A DNA stretch of 64,000 nucleotides from Octopus vulgaris (GCA_951406725.2 OX597820.1:82584001-82648000); one strand, 5' to 3'; counted from the stretch's first letter, positions 26,130-41,330 are shown. Made by a program: numbers and translations. The notes: a model not told the origin generated them from the sequence alone.

Positions 26130-27700
26130 CATCCGCATTACTTTCAATTTCGCTTGAAAAGGGATCAGTCATTTCGTCATTGGATCCACTGTTATGATCA
26201 ACGAGGATGTCGTCCTAGATCACAGTTTATTGCATTACTAATACCACATATCTTAAATGACTTAATCACTATATCATGTCTTATTTTTCCACCGATTTCT
26301 TTATCCATACGGAAACCTAAATCTTCGCCAGCCATTTAATTCGTCCAGTAGTTGCTGTTACAAAATCTTCCTGCTGCATCTAACTGTTCCTCTCCTCTTT
26401 CACTAAAGTCTCAAAGGGTTTGTTAATAAAAACATTGCAAAAAGGCGGTGAGCTGGCAGAGACGTTAGCACGCCGGGCGAAATGCGTAGCTATATTTCGT
26501 CTGCCGTTACGCTCTGAGTTCAAATTCTGCCGAGGTCGACTTTGCCTTTCATCCTTTCGAGGTCGATAAATTTAGTACCAGCTACGCACTGGGGTCGATA
26601 TAATCGACTTAGTCCTTGTTTGTCCTCTCTGTGTTTAGCCCCTTGTAGTAGTAAAGAAATAAGTATTTCATCTGTCTTTATGTTTTGAGTTCAAATTCCG
26701 CCGAGGTCGAATTTGCTTGTCATCCTTTCGGTGTCGATAAAACTAAGTACCAGTTGCGCACTGGGGTCGATCTAATCAACTGGCCCCCTCCCCCAAAATT
26801 TAGGGCCTTGTGCCTCGAGTAGAAAATAATAAAAACAACGAAAAATTGCAGATGATTTGTTAAATTACCATGTATAACAATCGGTAATTGTGCTTCAACT
26901 CATTTGCTTTTTATTTTATCTGTTTTATGAGCTCTAAAGTAATCCCAGAGGAGGAGAAAAAGCATTTTAAAAAACTAGCTAGACTAAATATTTTTGAATA
27001 AATTTTTCAAGTCAAAAAGTGCTTCGCCTTCATCCATCCTTTTCCATGTAGGTGAATAAACATTGGGTAAATTATAGTCTTCTCTTTAAAAAATAACAGT
27101 GTTGGTAAATTGTCTTCCATCTGCACAACATGCTTGTCCAGTAAGTATTACAGACATAGCTTTCGTTCCTTATTGTATCAGTCGTTCTATTGGATTGAAC
27201 AGCAAATGTAAACGGATTTTTGTTCATAGTAGTTAATTGAGACAATTCAAATGATCTTCTCTTAACTCTTGTGAATTGCAGTTTCATGTCTAACTCATCC
27301 AGTATTCTTTAAATAATTTTCGTTGCATCTGATAACTAAGCCTTTCTTTTTTATGAACCAACAAAACCATGATATATCAACAGTAAAATCTTCTAAACTG
27401 TTATGACATGCAATTATCTTTAATTAAAAAAAAATCATATTTGTGAAAACAGATACTACTTCTTCTAATCTACAACGAAGTTGTATAGTTTATTTTCGAG
27501 ATCTTGCCATTTTGATTTCCACCCCGCTGGGAACTGCAATTATGTTTCTTCTTGATCGAGTCGACAACGAATCATTTTTTTTCTGTTGTTAGCGAACCCA
27601 CACGTCTTTTAGTAGTTCTATTTGCATAGGTTTGTTTTGCATAATTAATCACATATAATTTGAATTTTACTGTGTACGACAACCTCTTTGCTTTAGACAT
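26130..27700 (-). mobile_element. Decayed pogo/Tigger (POGK-like) transposase interrupted by a SINE
   Basis: From ATG at 27700: MSKAKRLSYTVKFKLYVINYA (Brinker-like), KWQDLENKL (CENP-B HTH), LSQLTTMNKNPFTFAVQSNRT, CCADGR, GKGWM, GNLTNHLQ..VFINKPF, IKSFKICGISNA (DDE_1). Confidence 0.8.
26435..26826 (+). mobile_element. Meta-domain-like SINE with duplicated core and 11 bp target-site duplication
   Basis: aggcggtgagctggcaga...gcctttcatcctttcgaggtcgataaa. TAATAAAAACA occurs at both 26424-26434 and 26827-26837. Confidence 0.9.
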
Positions 27701-28572
27701 GAAATATTTCTTTAAAAATAATGAAATGTAAGGAAACAAGCAATTTTACATCCTATCTTTAAATACAGTACTTCGGCTTTCGGTTAGCCACCCGGTTTGA
27801 CTGCAAGCACGTACCAAGCTGTCGAGTAGCCAATAAGTATTGAAAAACCGATTAGGCGATTTCCAACATTAACTGCATTAAGGGCTTTGAGTGGTCAACA
27901 GCATTGTAACGATTTTATATTTGTTTAAATAGGCATGAAATTCTTGAATAAAGAAAACGGTCCGTTCACTCTCATCCATTACTATAATTTATTTTACAAT
28001 TTTTTAGAGAGACTTACAAAGAGTTATGTTCTAACATTAAGTTTTATTGGAAAATGTACATTCTGTATTCTTCGAATCTAAAACCGTCTCGTGTACCCTA
28101 TCAGAAAATTGTATATATATACGGGTATCCCGAAATTAAAGCAACCGAAGTTTCGCGCTTTAATAACTATCAATAAATATGATAAGATATGAAAATTATA
28201 TATCATTGTAAAAAACTTAGTGTGTTTTCTTTTTGTTTCAGACCAAATAAATTCAGATTTATAAATTAGATAATAGCTATAGACCGAGATACAATCACAA
28301 CTTTCCACAAGGAAAGCGAAACTATAACAAAAAGGAATAGACAGTTGTCTAAATATCAGTGCATGTATTTCAATAGCGCAGTCTATTCCCCAAATGCTAA
28401 CTTCGTTACATAACATGCTAGATAACATTACGTAAATTCGTACTGTTACTGAACCTCACTTATTCGACAGGTGACATTTTACCAAATATGTCGACAAAAT
28501 TTCGCCAACACACACACGCACGCACGTACACATGCATGCACATACACACACACACAATCATATATATATATG

Positions 28573-28621
<49 letters not shown>

Positions 28622-28641
28622 ACATATATATATATATCTAC

Positions 28642-28706
<65 letters not shown>

Positions 28707-29349
28707 CATACTGTTCCTCTCTGATCCGTGCTCTACATCCGCGCTCCCGTTTTCGGATAGCTTGCGGTCGTGTTTCTTGTGAATCCAGAGTTTAGGCTAA
28801 ATTAATCTATAGAAACAGATATCAATTTTCTAAACGAGCAGACAATAAATAATTGCACTTATGGTTTAAGCGACGTTGTGAGATTTAAAAGTAGTAATTA
28901 TCTAAAAAAACAATCAGCTCATTAAAAAACAAGTACTCTACACTATCAACACCCCCCCATTTCCAACAGCACCACCAGCACCACCACCACCAGCGCTATC
29001 TGCCTTTATCTCTCACCCCCTCTCTCTCAATACAACTGCATCCCCTATCCATGTCTTTCTATCTACCTTTCCCTTCAGCTAACTTTCTAACCGCGTAACA
29101 AGTATTGCTCCTACACTCCACCGCACGTTGTTAGCACTTCCTTTTTCTTCTTTTCCTCTCATTCTTCGTCTCTACCTTCAGTTGACCACGTAACGCATTT
29201 GGATTGATATTAATCCCCTTTCTATACATCTTTCTCTCTTCGTCTTCACACTCCCCTTCTCTCACTCTTACTCCACTTCTCACTCCACTTCCACCTCTCT
29301 AACTAATATATAACCGGCGAACGAATAAGCAGATATATACATACATTTA

Positions 29350-29580
29350 TATAATATGCGTGTGTTTCTCCCCCCAAACTGGTTGACAACCGATGCTGGT
29401 GTGTTCACGTCTCCGGGACTTAGCGGATCGGCAAGACAGACCGATAGGATAAGTACCAAACTTTAAAACAGAAATGATTATTGGAATTGATACATTCGGC
29501 AAAAAATTCTCCAAGGTGATGCCCCAGCATGGCCACAGCTAGTGAGCTGAAACTAGATGAAATAATAAATAAATAAAAAC
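29350..29580 (+). mobile_element. SINE family 2, 3' part
   Basis: ttgacaaccgatgctggtgtgttcacgtc...ccagcatggccacagct. Confidence 0.7.
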
Positions 29581-29619
29581 ATATGTATATTCTTTTATTC
29601 TTTTATTTTATGAATATTT

Positions 29620-29862
29620 TAAAGGCGGTGGCAATACTGGGGCACTGTTAGTGTTATCACCTTTTCAGTGGCCATTCTTTTGTGATTAGCATTTGGTGAA
29701 GATGAACTTCGATACTGCAGTCCTCTTTTGAGTTTCTTGCCGTGATGTAGGATCATTTGGACCTTAGAATGCAGGAGGTCAAGTTTTTTCTTGAAAATAT
29801 CTATCCCTATTCCATGAAGATCTCTCAGATGTGTTAGGAAGATATTAAATATGTGTGGGCCC
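29620..29862 (-). mobile_element. CR1-group LINE 3' fragment
   Basis: GPHIFNIFLTHLRDLHGIGIDIFKKKLDLL. Confidence 0.65.
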
Positions 29863-30027
29863 CCACCACCATCAGCACACGTGCGTTCGTGCACACACAA
29901 ATATTCATGCTTATATTTCTATATATACATGTGTATCCATGCATCCCCACAAATATATATTTGCGGTGGATATCATTGACTTTATGTATGAGATTGTGTG
30001 GTTGTGAGGTTGTGATGTGTTTGAGGT

Positions 30028-30078
<51 letters not shown>

Positions 30079-30614
30079 ATGTGTGTACATGCGTGCATGA
30101 GTGTGCTCTATGGCAACATCTGCATAAGTGTATTTGCCACTGATTCTAAGAGCAGCCAGGAGAATATAAAATGCGTACAGAACCTATATTTAGAAAAGCA
30201 CAATCTTCTGTCAATATCCAGCCTAACATGCATTTAGCAATTGGAATGGATTTAGAAATATCTTCAAGAATCTAATACAAGAATATCACTCATTGCATTT
30301 TGCATTTCTCCTTCTCTAGATGTATTCTTTTGAGTATGTACCTTTTTCGTTTTATTTTCTTGTAATTTTATTTCTTCTGATTTCTTCTTATTTCATGCAT
30401 TTCTGAACATTCGACTACATTTTATTTGTTATTTCACCGGAGAATCTCCTAATTAGAAACCATTCACTTGATGTTAAGAACCACTGAACTGTCGGTATTA
30501 ATTAGTCTGTTATTGAGGCCAAATTTTCCGCTTTTTACTTTCACTGGAATCTTCCTACCCAACAAATTGATGCTTTCACTCTTTGATGAAATCTTTCCTC
30601 ATACTTTATTGCTT

Positions 30615-30768
30615 TGTATACATACATACATACATACATACATACATACATACACACACATCCATACACACCATGCATACATACATACATACATGCATAC
30701 GTACGTACATAAATAAATGCATGCATGTATATATACATACATGCATACATGCATATACATACATACAA

Positions 30769-30803
<35 letters not shown>

Positions 30804-31233
30804 CACATATATAATATACATACATGGATATAATACATCCCTACATATATACATACAAAACATATACTCTTATATGGGTGCTTATATATGTATACAAATA
30901 TTATTATCACTCTTCTTCTTCTTCTTCTTCTTCTTCTTCTTCTTCTTTTTCTTTTTTTCTTCTTCTTCTTCTTCTTCTTCTTCTTCTTCTCCTCCTTCTT
31001 TCTTCTTCTTCTTCATCTTAGTATTTGTAGAAATAGTAGTATTAGTAGTAGTGGTAGTAGTAGAGGGCGGTGACGGTTGCACTATTGGAAGTATCATCAC
31101 CATCAAAATCATCATCGTCGTTATCTTCGTCATCATCATCACTGTCTTCATCGTCGTCTTCGTCATCGCCATCATCATCGCTATCATCATCGTCGTCATC
31201 ATCATAATCATTATCATCATCATCATCATCACC

Positions 31234-31284
<51 letters not shown>

Positions 31285-31291
31285 GTCGTCG

Positions 31292-31332
<41 letters not shown>

Positions 31333-31395
31333 GTCGTCGTCGTCGTCGTCGTCGTCATTATCGTCACCATCATCGTTATCATCATCGTTATCATA
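30615..31395. repeat. Compound microsatellite (CATA)n, (TTC)n, (GTA)n, (CAT/CGT)n
   Basis: Direct inspection; source of the poly-H/D/I/M ORFs. Confidence 0.95.
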
Positions 31396-32376
31396 GTCTG
31401 CTATTATTTCCATTAAGTTCTATGAATATATTATTAGCTATTGGACGTAATTGTTACATATTTATAAGCTATAAAACGATGCGTAATTCAATCCGATTAT
31501 CTTTTTTTTTGCTTTTGTTTAACTTTTATATATTTATATACCTGTTGGTATATTTTTATTTTTCATATAATGATCGGAAACATAAGAAAGAAGCAAACAA
31601 AAACCAATAAAAACCATTTCGCACACACAGAAAAAGAAAGAAACGAAATTGTAATTTCTATATGATCAGTGATACTCAATGGATAGATTTAGGTCTTTGA
31701 TGAAATATGAAGAATTCTCTTCTAATGAGGTTTCATTGAGAGGCGGAAGCAAAAATGAAAAAAAAAACGCAACTAAAAGAAACAAAAAACAAATACGAAA
31801 CAAGTAGTCTAAATCTATTCAATTATTGATATTTCTCTCAAGTATATAATTCTAATTCTGTTCAAATGAGAGGCAGATTTTAAAACGTTACTAATTAGTA
31901 GCAGAAATATGTAAATATCCGAAGAGTAGCAAGAATATGACGAGAACTGGTGATTAGTTCTAGTTTCTTGGAACAAAGCCGAAAGAGAAATATCTCATCT
32001 CGAAATGATAACTGTTCACCTCGCACACAGAGCCTTTCCAAGCTATTAGATATTTTAACAGCTTCATTAGTTGAAACACTATATAATCAATGAGTTGTCA
32101 GCATATAAAGAGAAAACCACAGGTACCCAACTAGGACTGTATGTATAACCATTTATAGCCACTGTAGTTGTTGTTTGATCTTAGATCAAGTTGAACCAGA
32201 AAACTATATTTGAAATGGTTTCCGTCTCTATGACGCCGGCTATTTGCTTACGAATAACGTCATGTCCTCAAATCTTTATTCCTGACGGAGTCGCAGAGCA
32301 CATTTTTATACATGGTATAGAGCATATTCTATATATTCAACTTGAAAGTGTGTGTTCGTGTGTGTGGTGTGTGTGT

Positions 32377-32420
<44 letters not shown>

Positions 32421-33560
32421 AAGAGGTGGGGAGATAAAGGGAGCGAGAGAGAGGTACCTTAATTCAGAAAACAGGACTAATACTGTATATATTGACTTCG
32501 ATGATAGGAAAGCGCAAACCTACTTTGACGGGATTAGAACTCGGGGTGCAGAGGGCTGGAATGAATTCCATAAAGCATTATATTCAACATTCTAGCACCT
32601 CAGTTAAATTGCTGATTTATGGTTTACCTTGAGCATTACCAACTATTTCCTCTTCTATTAATAGAGCTGTGATGTAATTTGAATCAGAATTCACTGTTAT
32701 TTCTTGTAGGCTTAACCACCACCTATATACTTACTCTTTGATGTGCATTACTCAACGTGATGTGCCGCTTATGCCAGGTCGTTTCATGCGTTGGTTTTTG
32801 TTAATCTGAGAACCTATCTGTAGCAGTGTATGCCATGAAATAATGGAGTAATAAAACTCAACAACGTCACAATAGATATAAAATAGCATTAGAGGATTTC
32901 CACGACTATAAGAAATGAGCTTAAGAGGATAACATTGAATTATTCAACCACACATTCTATTTTAAAATCTGCATCATAAGTCACGTCATCATACCTCTTT
33001 GGTCAATAATATACTAAATTATTTTTCTGGAATCGATCTAACCGACTGGTCCCCACATCCCACTATTCCAGCCTTGTTGATAACGGAGGACAAAATATCT
33101 GAATTGAAAAGGGTCCCACCTATGAAATACAAGTTCAGTGGAAAACTTAAAGTAACTGACATTATCCAGGCAATCAGCGTGCAAATCTATCTTAAGCTTG
33201 TTTAAAATCTAAATCTCTAGGAGTAGTTTTTGTTGATTAATTGCGTGGATAATGTCAGCTAATCGAAGTTATGCACTGACGATATTACATATCTGGGTCT
33301 CTGACTGTAGGCGTGTTTAGCATTCAGAAACAACGCAAATAGAATCTAGTAAAACATGAATTATAAATGTTGAGATGAAATCTATGTCCATTCAAATCTC
33401 TTATTTTTCCGCTTTGGCAGTCTAAGGTAGAGCACAACAGCAAGTTTAAGTTGAATCTATGCATAAAGCTATTAGTATAAAAAATATGTTAGTGTGTGAG
33501 AGAGTGTGCTGGCGTGCATGTGTATGAGTGCAAGTATACATCCATGTGTATATATATAAA

Positions 33561-33647
<87 letters not shown>

Positions 33648-33654
33648 ATATATA

Positions 33655-34193
33655 CGAAGTAATTAAGGGTTTAGCAACGATTTGCCTCACCACACACCGA
33701 ATTTAGAAATAGCAGTCAAAGAGTTTTGGCTATTCTTTCTACTTAAAAGGGAGATCCCAGTAAAACCACAACACTTAAAAGGCATTATGATAATTATATG
33801 ATAATTATAATTATAATTATGTATATATATATATATATATATATATAATATCAGGGTAATAAAGATTTTATAAATGTTTACTACCAGTGGCCTAGCGTAT
33901 AAAAAAAATTAGTCAATAGACTACATATTTTTCATATAAAATACAGTGTACATTTAAACACATAAAGAGGTTTCCATCATGAGAATCTTTTACGCTAGAA
34001 AGAACAGCTAAAGTCCAAAACCACTAATTAGGGATAAATTCTCGACGGGAATGAAAAATAGATAGTAAATGTTTTATTTTTCCTTCTCTTCGAGAATTTA
34101 TCCCTAATTAGTGGTTTTGGACTTTAGTTGTTCTTTCTAGCGTAAAGTATTCCTATGATGGGAACTTCTTAATGTGTTTAAATGTACATTGCA
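33655..34193. mobile_element. Non-autonomous element ending in a ~120 bp fold-back inverted repeat
   Basis: Arms ~33942-34062 and ~34072-34193 (aaagtccaaaaccactaattagggataaattctcga / tcgagaatttatccctaattagtggttttggacttt); related to 21730-22368. Confidence 0.7.
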
Positions 34194-34194
34194 T

Positions 34195-34226
<32 letters not shown>

Positions 34227-36683
34227 CATATATATATATATATACACATATACATTTACACACACAAACACACGCACACACAGCACATATATACTTTCAG
34301 CTGTACTCGATTCAGATGGACTATATAATAATATATTTATTTAAATTGCTCTGAGGTATTCGTATATTGAAAATTCTCGTACAATTCTTCATGCAATTTG
34401 AGAATATTAATGATGTGCGAAACTTGCATTTTGATGTGAACTTTCTAGGCATAAAAGAGGTAATATCTGAATTTACAGACATTTCAACTTAATATTGTCA
34501 CTACAGATTTTACGTAGACTATTTTGATGGTTTATATAGTTTAGTTTACTTGGAATAACGCTTAATCGTTCTCTGAATAAATATATATTCATTTACGAAA
34601 ATCATTGGCGTGTCATGGGTATATAATATATAATTATATTGATATTTTTGCTTTTAGTTGTTTTGAAATTCGAATATGTAGATAGAAGGCAGTGGGTTTA
34701 TCTGTGGCTTACTTACGTGGTGTTGTAATTTATATTGCTCTAAGCTCATTTATTTACTGAGCCCTTTAGAGACATCCCTGGAAAAGAAATTTAATTCATT
34801 TCATATTTTGAGAAATATGACATCTACATACACACACAAATTTATGTGTGTGGTGTGCATGTCTGTGCGTCTCTGTGTATACCTGCAGATATATACGCAT
34901 ATATGTATATATATATGCTCATATATATGCATATATGTATGCACGTATGTATGTATGTATCGGCTGCAAACACATTCTATGGAGAACTAAAGCTAGCAAG
35001 AATGAAAACTTATTACAGTGAGCTGATAAGGAATTCTGTAAATTTATGATGTCATTTTGTCAGCGGTAGAACTGAAAAGAAATTTGATTAGTAATTTATG
35101 TGTTCAGTGTGTCAAGTGTTTATTCTATCACATGGAAAGAATGAGTAAATAAAGTTATTTATTTTCTCCATTTTAATAGGTTTCTTCTCGGTGCAGTTAA
35201 GAAAAAAAACAACAACAAAAAAAAACCAGCATATAAAAAAGCCATTTCTATTACTTCACTTTCATTTCAAGTCGTCGTGAAACATTCTACTTATGTGTTT
35301 TATATGAAAACCTGGAGCAGTGTGTTTCTCAGTGTCTTGAATATATAATGTAGCGTAACAATACTGTCGGGATTCGAAATATCATCTCTATGGTCATACA
35401 CATGATGTAACACTGTATCGCAAAACACTATTTCTAACACATCTCAGTAAATAACATTTTGTTATCAAATAATTTATAGCAATGAAATTTTATTGAGAAA
35501 ATCAATTATTTAGTTCGTTTAAATAGATTTTAAAAAATTACTAAATACCCTTAAAGCAATTTACCGAGTTAAATACCATGTCTTAAGGTGAGATGTGCAT
35601 ATTTCTAGCTCGACAAGCAATAGGGCAGATGTTGCTTTGATGGTGGTGGTGGTAACTGTATCCGTGGTACTAATGTTAGTTTTGTCGTTATTGGTGCTGC
35701 TGGTAGTGTTGGTGTTTGTGGTGCTAATGGTAGCGGTACATAAGTAGTTGCACTTATGACGATGTTGGTGTGGGGTATTGGAGGTAACGATGATGGTAAA
35801 TTTGGCGTTGGTTGTGGTAGTGGAGTTAATGGTAGTAGTGATGATGATGTGTAAGTAAAATGTGTCAATGTCCTTGACCTCACACCAACCCTATCTGAAA
35901 AAAGGATTCACCGCTGTTATTAACCGAGAACTCGTTATTACGGGTTATCTAGCCTGAAGAACTGTTAATCGACCAACGTCTGAGGCGATTATTCTTTAAG
36001 TAATCCCCAATGAAACAGCAACTCTCTGTTCTATGGGATTAAAACACAATCCATGTTGCTGTGGAAGTCTGTTGCATAGCGATGTCAATGTCTTGTTTGA
36101 AATTGTAAAAAAGAGTAAAAATATTGGGAACTAACGATGAACTTGCAGACTTGCATTTGTAGCTAATATCATTGGTACACTAGAACATGTTATAACAGGT
36201 TTTAATAAATGCCTGGGAAATTTGCGATTATCCAAGAAAGAACAAAGTGTACTGACTCGCATGGTCAAAATCCAGTGGTTTGATCAGAGAGTGCAAAATT
36301 TGTTGAAGTTTTTAAAGTCTCTATCGTTGAGGTTCCAGCGAGGTGCATACGATCATATGAGCTTATAGTATACACACGTATGCATAAAGATTAATCACGC
36401 ATACAACTATGTACGAGAGACGCATGCAGAGCCATTGTGGGAGTGCAAGTACATCCACAGATGCACCTACTTATAAACACACACCAACTCTTTGTAGATG
36501 AGTTAGTGTCTGTTAAGCGTAGGAAATATCTTGATTTAAAAATGAATGAGGCAGGGCAAATTTTTTAGTAATCGCGAACAAATCTCCAATAAATGCACGC
36601 ACGCACATAAAATATATGCATTTCATATATGCATATATAAACTGGCATACTCACTCACAGACGTACAAACATTCACACACACG

Positions 36684-36730
<47 letters not shown>

Positions 36731-38944
36731 ACAATACATATATGTATGTATTTGGAGATATATAGATTTGGTATATATAGATTGATAAATAGAAACTTGG
36801 AAATCAGTAACTTCCTTTAATGCGTCTCTGTATAAGCGATAACATCTCTCAACCAATCTTCTGTTGAACTGTTTTTCTAATCTTGAACAACTGCATCTCT
36901 GCGTGTTTGTTGTAAGAAACTCGGTAGGAATAATGAACGAAACATAATATACATTGTCTAGTTTCTTGCTTTAATCCATTAAATCCTGTCATTTTCAGGA
37001 GACATAACAAAACTAGTGAATGTTGCACATGTTCACAACGTTTGTGAAATAACTGACTGAAATAATCAGACACTGTTAAAGAAATCTTCAGAAGATTAAT
37101 CGTTCATAATATTTCCCAAAACTGAAGTAACTGCACAAAAAGCTCGCCTTTTTTAATTTACTCTGTTGCATGATAACAGCTTTGCTATTGGTATGCACGT
37201 ATCAATATGTATGTGCAATGAATGTTTAACGTTTATCTCTCTATGAACTTGGTCTAATGCATGTGCATATGTATACATGTGCATATGCATGTGCATATGT
37301 ATACGTGTGCATATGCATGTGCATATGTATACATGTGTTGCTTTTTGCAATTTAGTTTGTAAATATATATATATATATATAAATTTTAAAATAAGTAGAA
37401 AATGGAGAAACCTTTTGATCAACAGTATTATAAAAAAACTTTACGGGTGTGTTTTTGGATAAATATTAATTAGCTCTATTTACGAAATCACAAGTACTAT
37501 CCTTTTTCTAGACATATTGGCGATTCCTGTTTTCCTATAGCACTAGTTTTATTTTACTATTATTTATACATCATGGTTTCCCTATAAAAAGAGATTACCT
37601 ACCAATTATTTTTCTAGATTATTTGCTCGTTTCCTCATTAGCCCATCGACTTCAAGCGTCAACCTGCAAAATGGTATGGTTCTAATTTATTGAGCCTTCT
37701 TACCTCATCTCGGTACCCTGTTCTTCCCTTCTTATGAATTAGTATTCACTCTCATGAAGCCCATGTGCTAGATCGAATGTGGTATAAAGATGATGAATAG
37801 TATCTTCGGAATTTTCTTTGTAGGCACCGACCGACATTGGTAGCTGAAACGGCCGTAAGCAATGTTAAGTTTTGTATTAAAAAATGATTACTCGATGTTG
37901 GTCAACTTGTTTGTTCGTCGATCAAAAGTTTTCTCCATTTTCTGTTTACTTTAAATTTGATTCCTGATAAACTCTTGTTTATTCTGCTATTACTTGTACG
38001 CTATGAGCATATATACCAATTCCCAGGGTTAACATAGGTAATTGATTCCGGTAGTAAGAACGGCTATTCTTATCCTTTAGACGGTTATTCCAACCGATAA
38101 TTCTGCTTACCTATATATACGCACATAGATATACACTAAGACATATATATGTGTGTATATGTATAATCTAAATGTTTGTGTGAGTGATCTTAACTAACTT
38201 TTTGAACACAACGTCTTAGAGTAAGATGTGTATAGTTGCATGCATACATATATGTGTGCGTGCGTATGTAGTAAAGAGTGCATGAACTGTGTATCTATAA
38301 ACATATGTATTTATTTGCAGAAGCATTTGCATCTGAGTGCGTTGTGTGGTTGTGTATATCACTGTATTTGACGAGTAATGTGATTCTTTTTTAGTGTGTA
38401 TATGCATGATTATAACATGCAGATACAATCTCTGTTGATAGGTACATGGTAGAAATCTGTGAAATGATGTGTGTATGTGCGCGCGTTTTTGTGTGTGTGT
38501 ATTTGTGTGTAAAGGTGCGTGCGTATGTGAGTGTGTGTGAGTAAGAGAGAGAGAGTATTTGTATGTGTATGTGTTGTGCAACATTCGAATTACGAGTACT
38601 CTTATTCGTTTATTGGATTCAGTGAGTAAACCGTAGCCATGCTTGGTTACCACTCCCAAGTTTAGTCGTTTATATTGTCACTAGTACTTCTTGTAGTTAT
38701 TTTATTAATATCTATTTGGTGATTTGTCAAGGGTGAAGAGCCAAGAGGATGTCTATGTCTATATCGGCACCTAAAACGACATAAGCTATCAACTCATGCT
38801 TTCATGTGAATCACAGATGTATACACAAACACACACACACGCACACACATGCATATGCACGCACACGTACACACACACACACACACACATGCACACGCAC
38901 GCGCACACACGCACACATGCGCACACACATGTACACACACATGG

Positions 38945-39720
38945 AAGGTGACCAAATGAGGTTTATTTTCGACATAGTCCCTCTTGTTGTCTATACACTT
39001 CTTCCATCGGTGTTGCATTGCTTCGATCCCGTTGGGGAAGCTTTCATCTTGTTGGTCAAAAAAAGTCAGCCGCACATATGACGTCATCATCTTTGCGATA
39101 TTGGTTCCCAGCCAAGTGGTTTTATGTTGGGGAACAAATGATAATCAGATGGGGTCAAATTAGGAGGATAGGGAGGATGGCCAAAAAATTCAAAACTACA
39201 GTCACTCACTACAGCCGTTGAAACGAAGGACTTCTCTGTTGAAGCATGGTCCTGAGGTATCAAGACTCCTTTCGTCAGTTACCCTGGCTGTTTGGTCTTC
39301 ATAGCCTTTCGTAGCTGCCTCAGCGAGTTGACGTAGAACACTCAGCAGAAACCTTCATCATGCTAACTTCATTCTGCAGAATGGTCTCAATTTTTTCATG
39401 GGATATGCCAGTAGCATTGGCTAGTTGATTTAAAGTTAGTTGCCTGTTATTCTTCACCATGTGGTGTACACGATCAATGTTTTCCTCGGTGGAGGCACTT
39501 ACAAGTTGTTCAGAGTTTGAGTTATCTTCACAACTCTCCCTTCCTTCCCTAAATTCAGATACGTACGTTTCCACTGTTGATTGAGCTGAGGCGTCATTTT
39601 CTAATGTAACAATCATGCCAGCATGAATGTAGTTGGGGGCGAAACTATTTTTTCTGAAGGTACATAATAACACCACGAAGCCAAATGTTATCGATTTTAC
39701 ACTTGTGCACGTGTTATTTT
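38945..39720 (-). mobile_element. Internally deleted mariner, same family as 4330-5646
   Basis: SEFREGRESCEDN...STEENIDRVHHMV matches the nucleotide sequence at 4505-4600; the 3' end matches 5580-5600. Confidence 0.8.
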
Positions 39721-40099
39721 CTAATATGTATGTCAATTACTCCGGGAAGTATGCGCGTATGACCGTCTATCTTAGTAAGTGCATCTATGTTTGAAGACCA
39801 TCTGTGTTCAAAGTGCATGTTAGACATGCATCTATGGACAAAGTGCATTTATGTTTGAAGTGCATATATTTATGAGAGAAAGGGTCACGTGTTGATGTTT
39901 ATGAATATGCTTGTGAGTGCACATATATAATTATGTATTTGTGAGTGTAAATATGGCACATTTCTTTGTGAATGTTTTGTGTTATGTGTCAATGTAATTT
40001 GGATGTTTGTGGATAGAGTGTGGTTATTAGTATTGTTGCTGCTTAGACACATGTTAGTGGTGAGAGTTTGGGTGCATATCGAAAGAAGTCTCAGCTGTT

Positions 40100-41330
40100 A
40101 CACTATCTCTTATTCTGTACCAAAAACTACATAATCTAATGTATCCTTCTACATATGATGGGATTTGCAGATATCTTGCCTTTAATTTTAGCAGCTAGAG
40201 TAATCACGTATTAGTTTGCTCTCTGGAGATTGCTATTTTGATGAGGAAGCATTTCTTTCCCTGATGGTTAGATAACAATATAAATCTCATTAGCTTTGAT
40301 TTCGCTGTCTGAGCGGATTGGCATAACTTAAATTATGCTCGCTTAGTAATTCGTAGACACTTCTTGTGGTATAGGTTTTCATAATCTCTTTTCTGTTGGT
40401 TTTCACAATGTTTACAAAAATAATATTTCAAATGTGCAAAAGCCACAACTCTGGCTAAGACTGTGTACCTAGTGATCATGTGGGTTGTTGCCTTTTCTCA
40501 ACCTCCGCATATGCAGTCGCTAAATTCGTTTTCCTTCATTTCATACACTTGGTAGTATCCGTTAAGAAGATTTTGGTACTATACCACAGTCGAGAATCTT
40601 TTAGCATTAAGGTTGAGTTATGTATTTCTCAACAACCAATTTTGAGATTTATCTATTTCCAAACTCTTCAGCATTTTACCCTGGTAATAAGTGTTTTCCT
40701 CGTTGTCCTTGTAAAGTGTTGTTCTGTAACACCAAATTTTAAACCTCACTTTTAACCTTTCCAAAATGGTTGATATTTTTCTTTCTTCAAGTAAGTGACT
40801 GTTATTTCAGATTTGTATTTGCAGCCTTCTTTATTTTGTTGCTGTTTTGTTATAATTTTTCTTTAGTTTATATTTTTGAAGTCTTACAATAAATATTTTA
40901 TAAAAGGTTTCTCATCAAGATAGTTTCATATTACTATGTCAGAGTATGCGTCGGGAATTCTAAGTGTAGTGATTAGTTTTCTTTTTTTTTTCTGTCTAGT
41001 CTGCTATCTATTTAGTGTCTAGTTGTGAATATTATAACTATAACTTACTAATATGACAGCTGGACTTTTGATAACTATTACCTTACTTTTTTGCGTTTTC
41101 TTAATTTTACTTATGAAGTTAGTACATCTAATATTTCTTCTTTATCTTTCCTTCAATTTGTGTGCTGGATATTGTCTACTTCATTTAATTCTCTTATATC
41201 TGTTTCTTTATCTAACTTGATATACGTGTTTCTAATGAATTTCCGTTTAGTCAAGTTTCCATTGCCAATTTTTGTAGTCTTAACTTCGTATCGGTTACTC
41301 TTATATAAAGTATACTGTTCGTAGTAATAT
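40100..41330 (-). mobile_element. Very decayed Penelope-like RT N-terminal fossil (tentative)
   Basis: Faint remnants IVIK..PAVIL (cf. IKPADKGxAVVI) and QIPSYVEG. Confidence 0.35.

Noticed and set aside
30583-31610. Long poly-His/Asp/Ile/Met ORFs
   Set aside because: Translations of (CAT)n/(TTC)n microsatellites in several frames, with no splice or domain support.
37618-37673. AG...GTATGG exon-like segment (YLLVSSLAHRLQASTCKM in phase 1)
   Set aside because: Phases do not fit the phase-2 intron between exons D and E, and no compatible partner exon was found.
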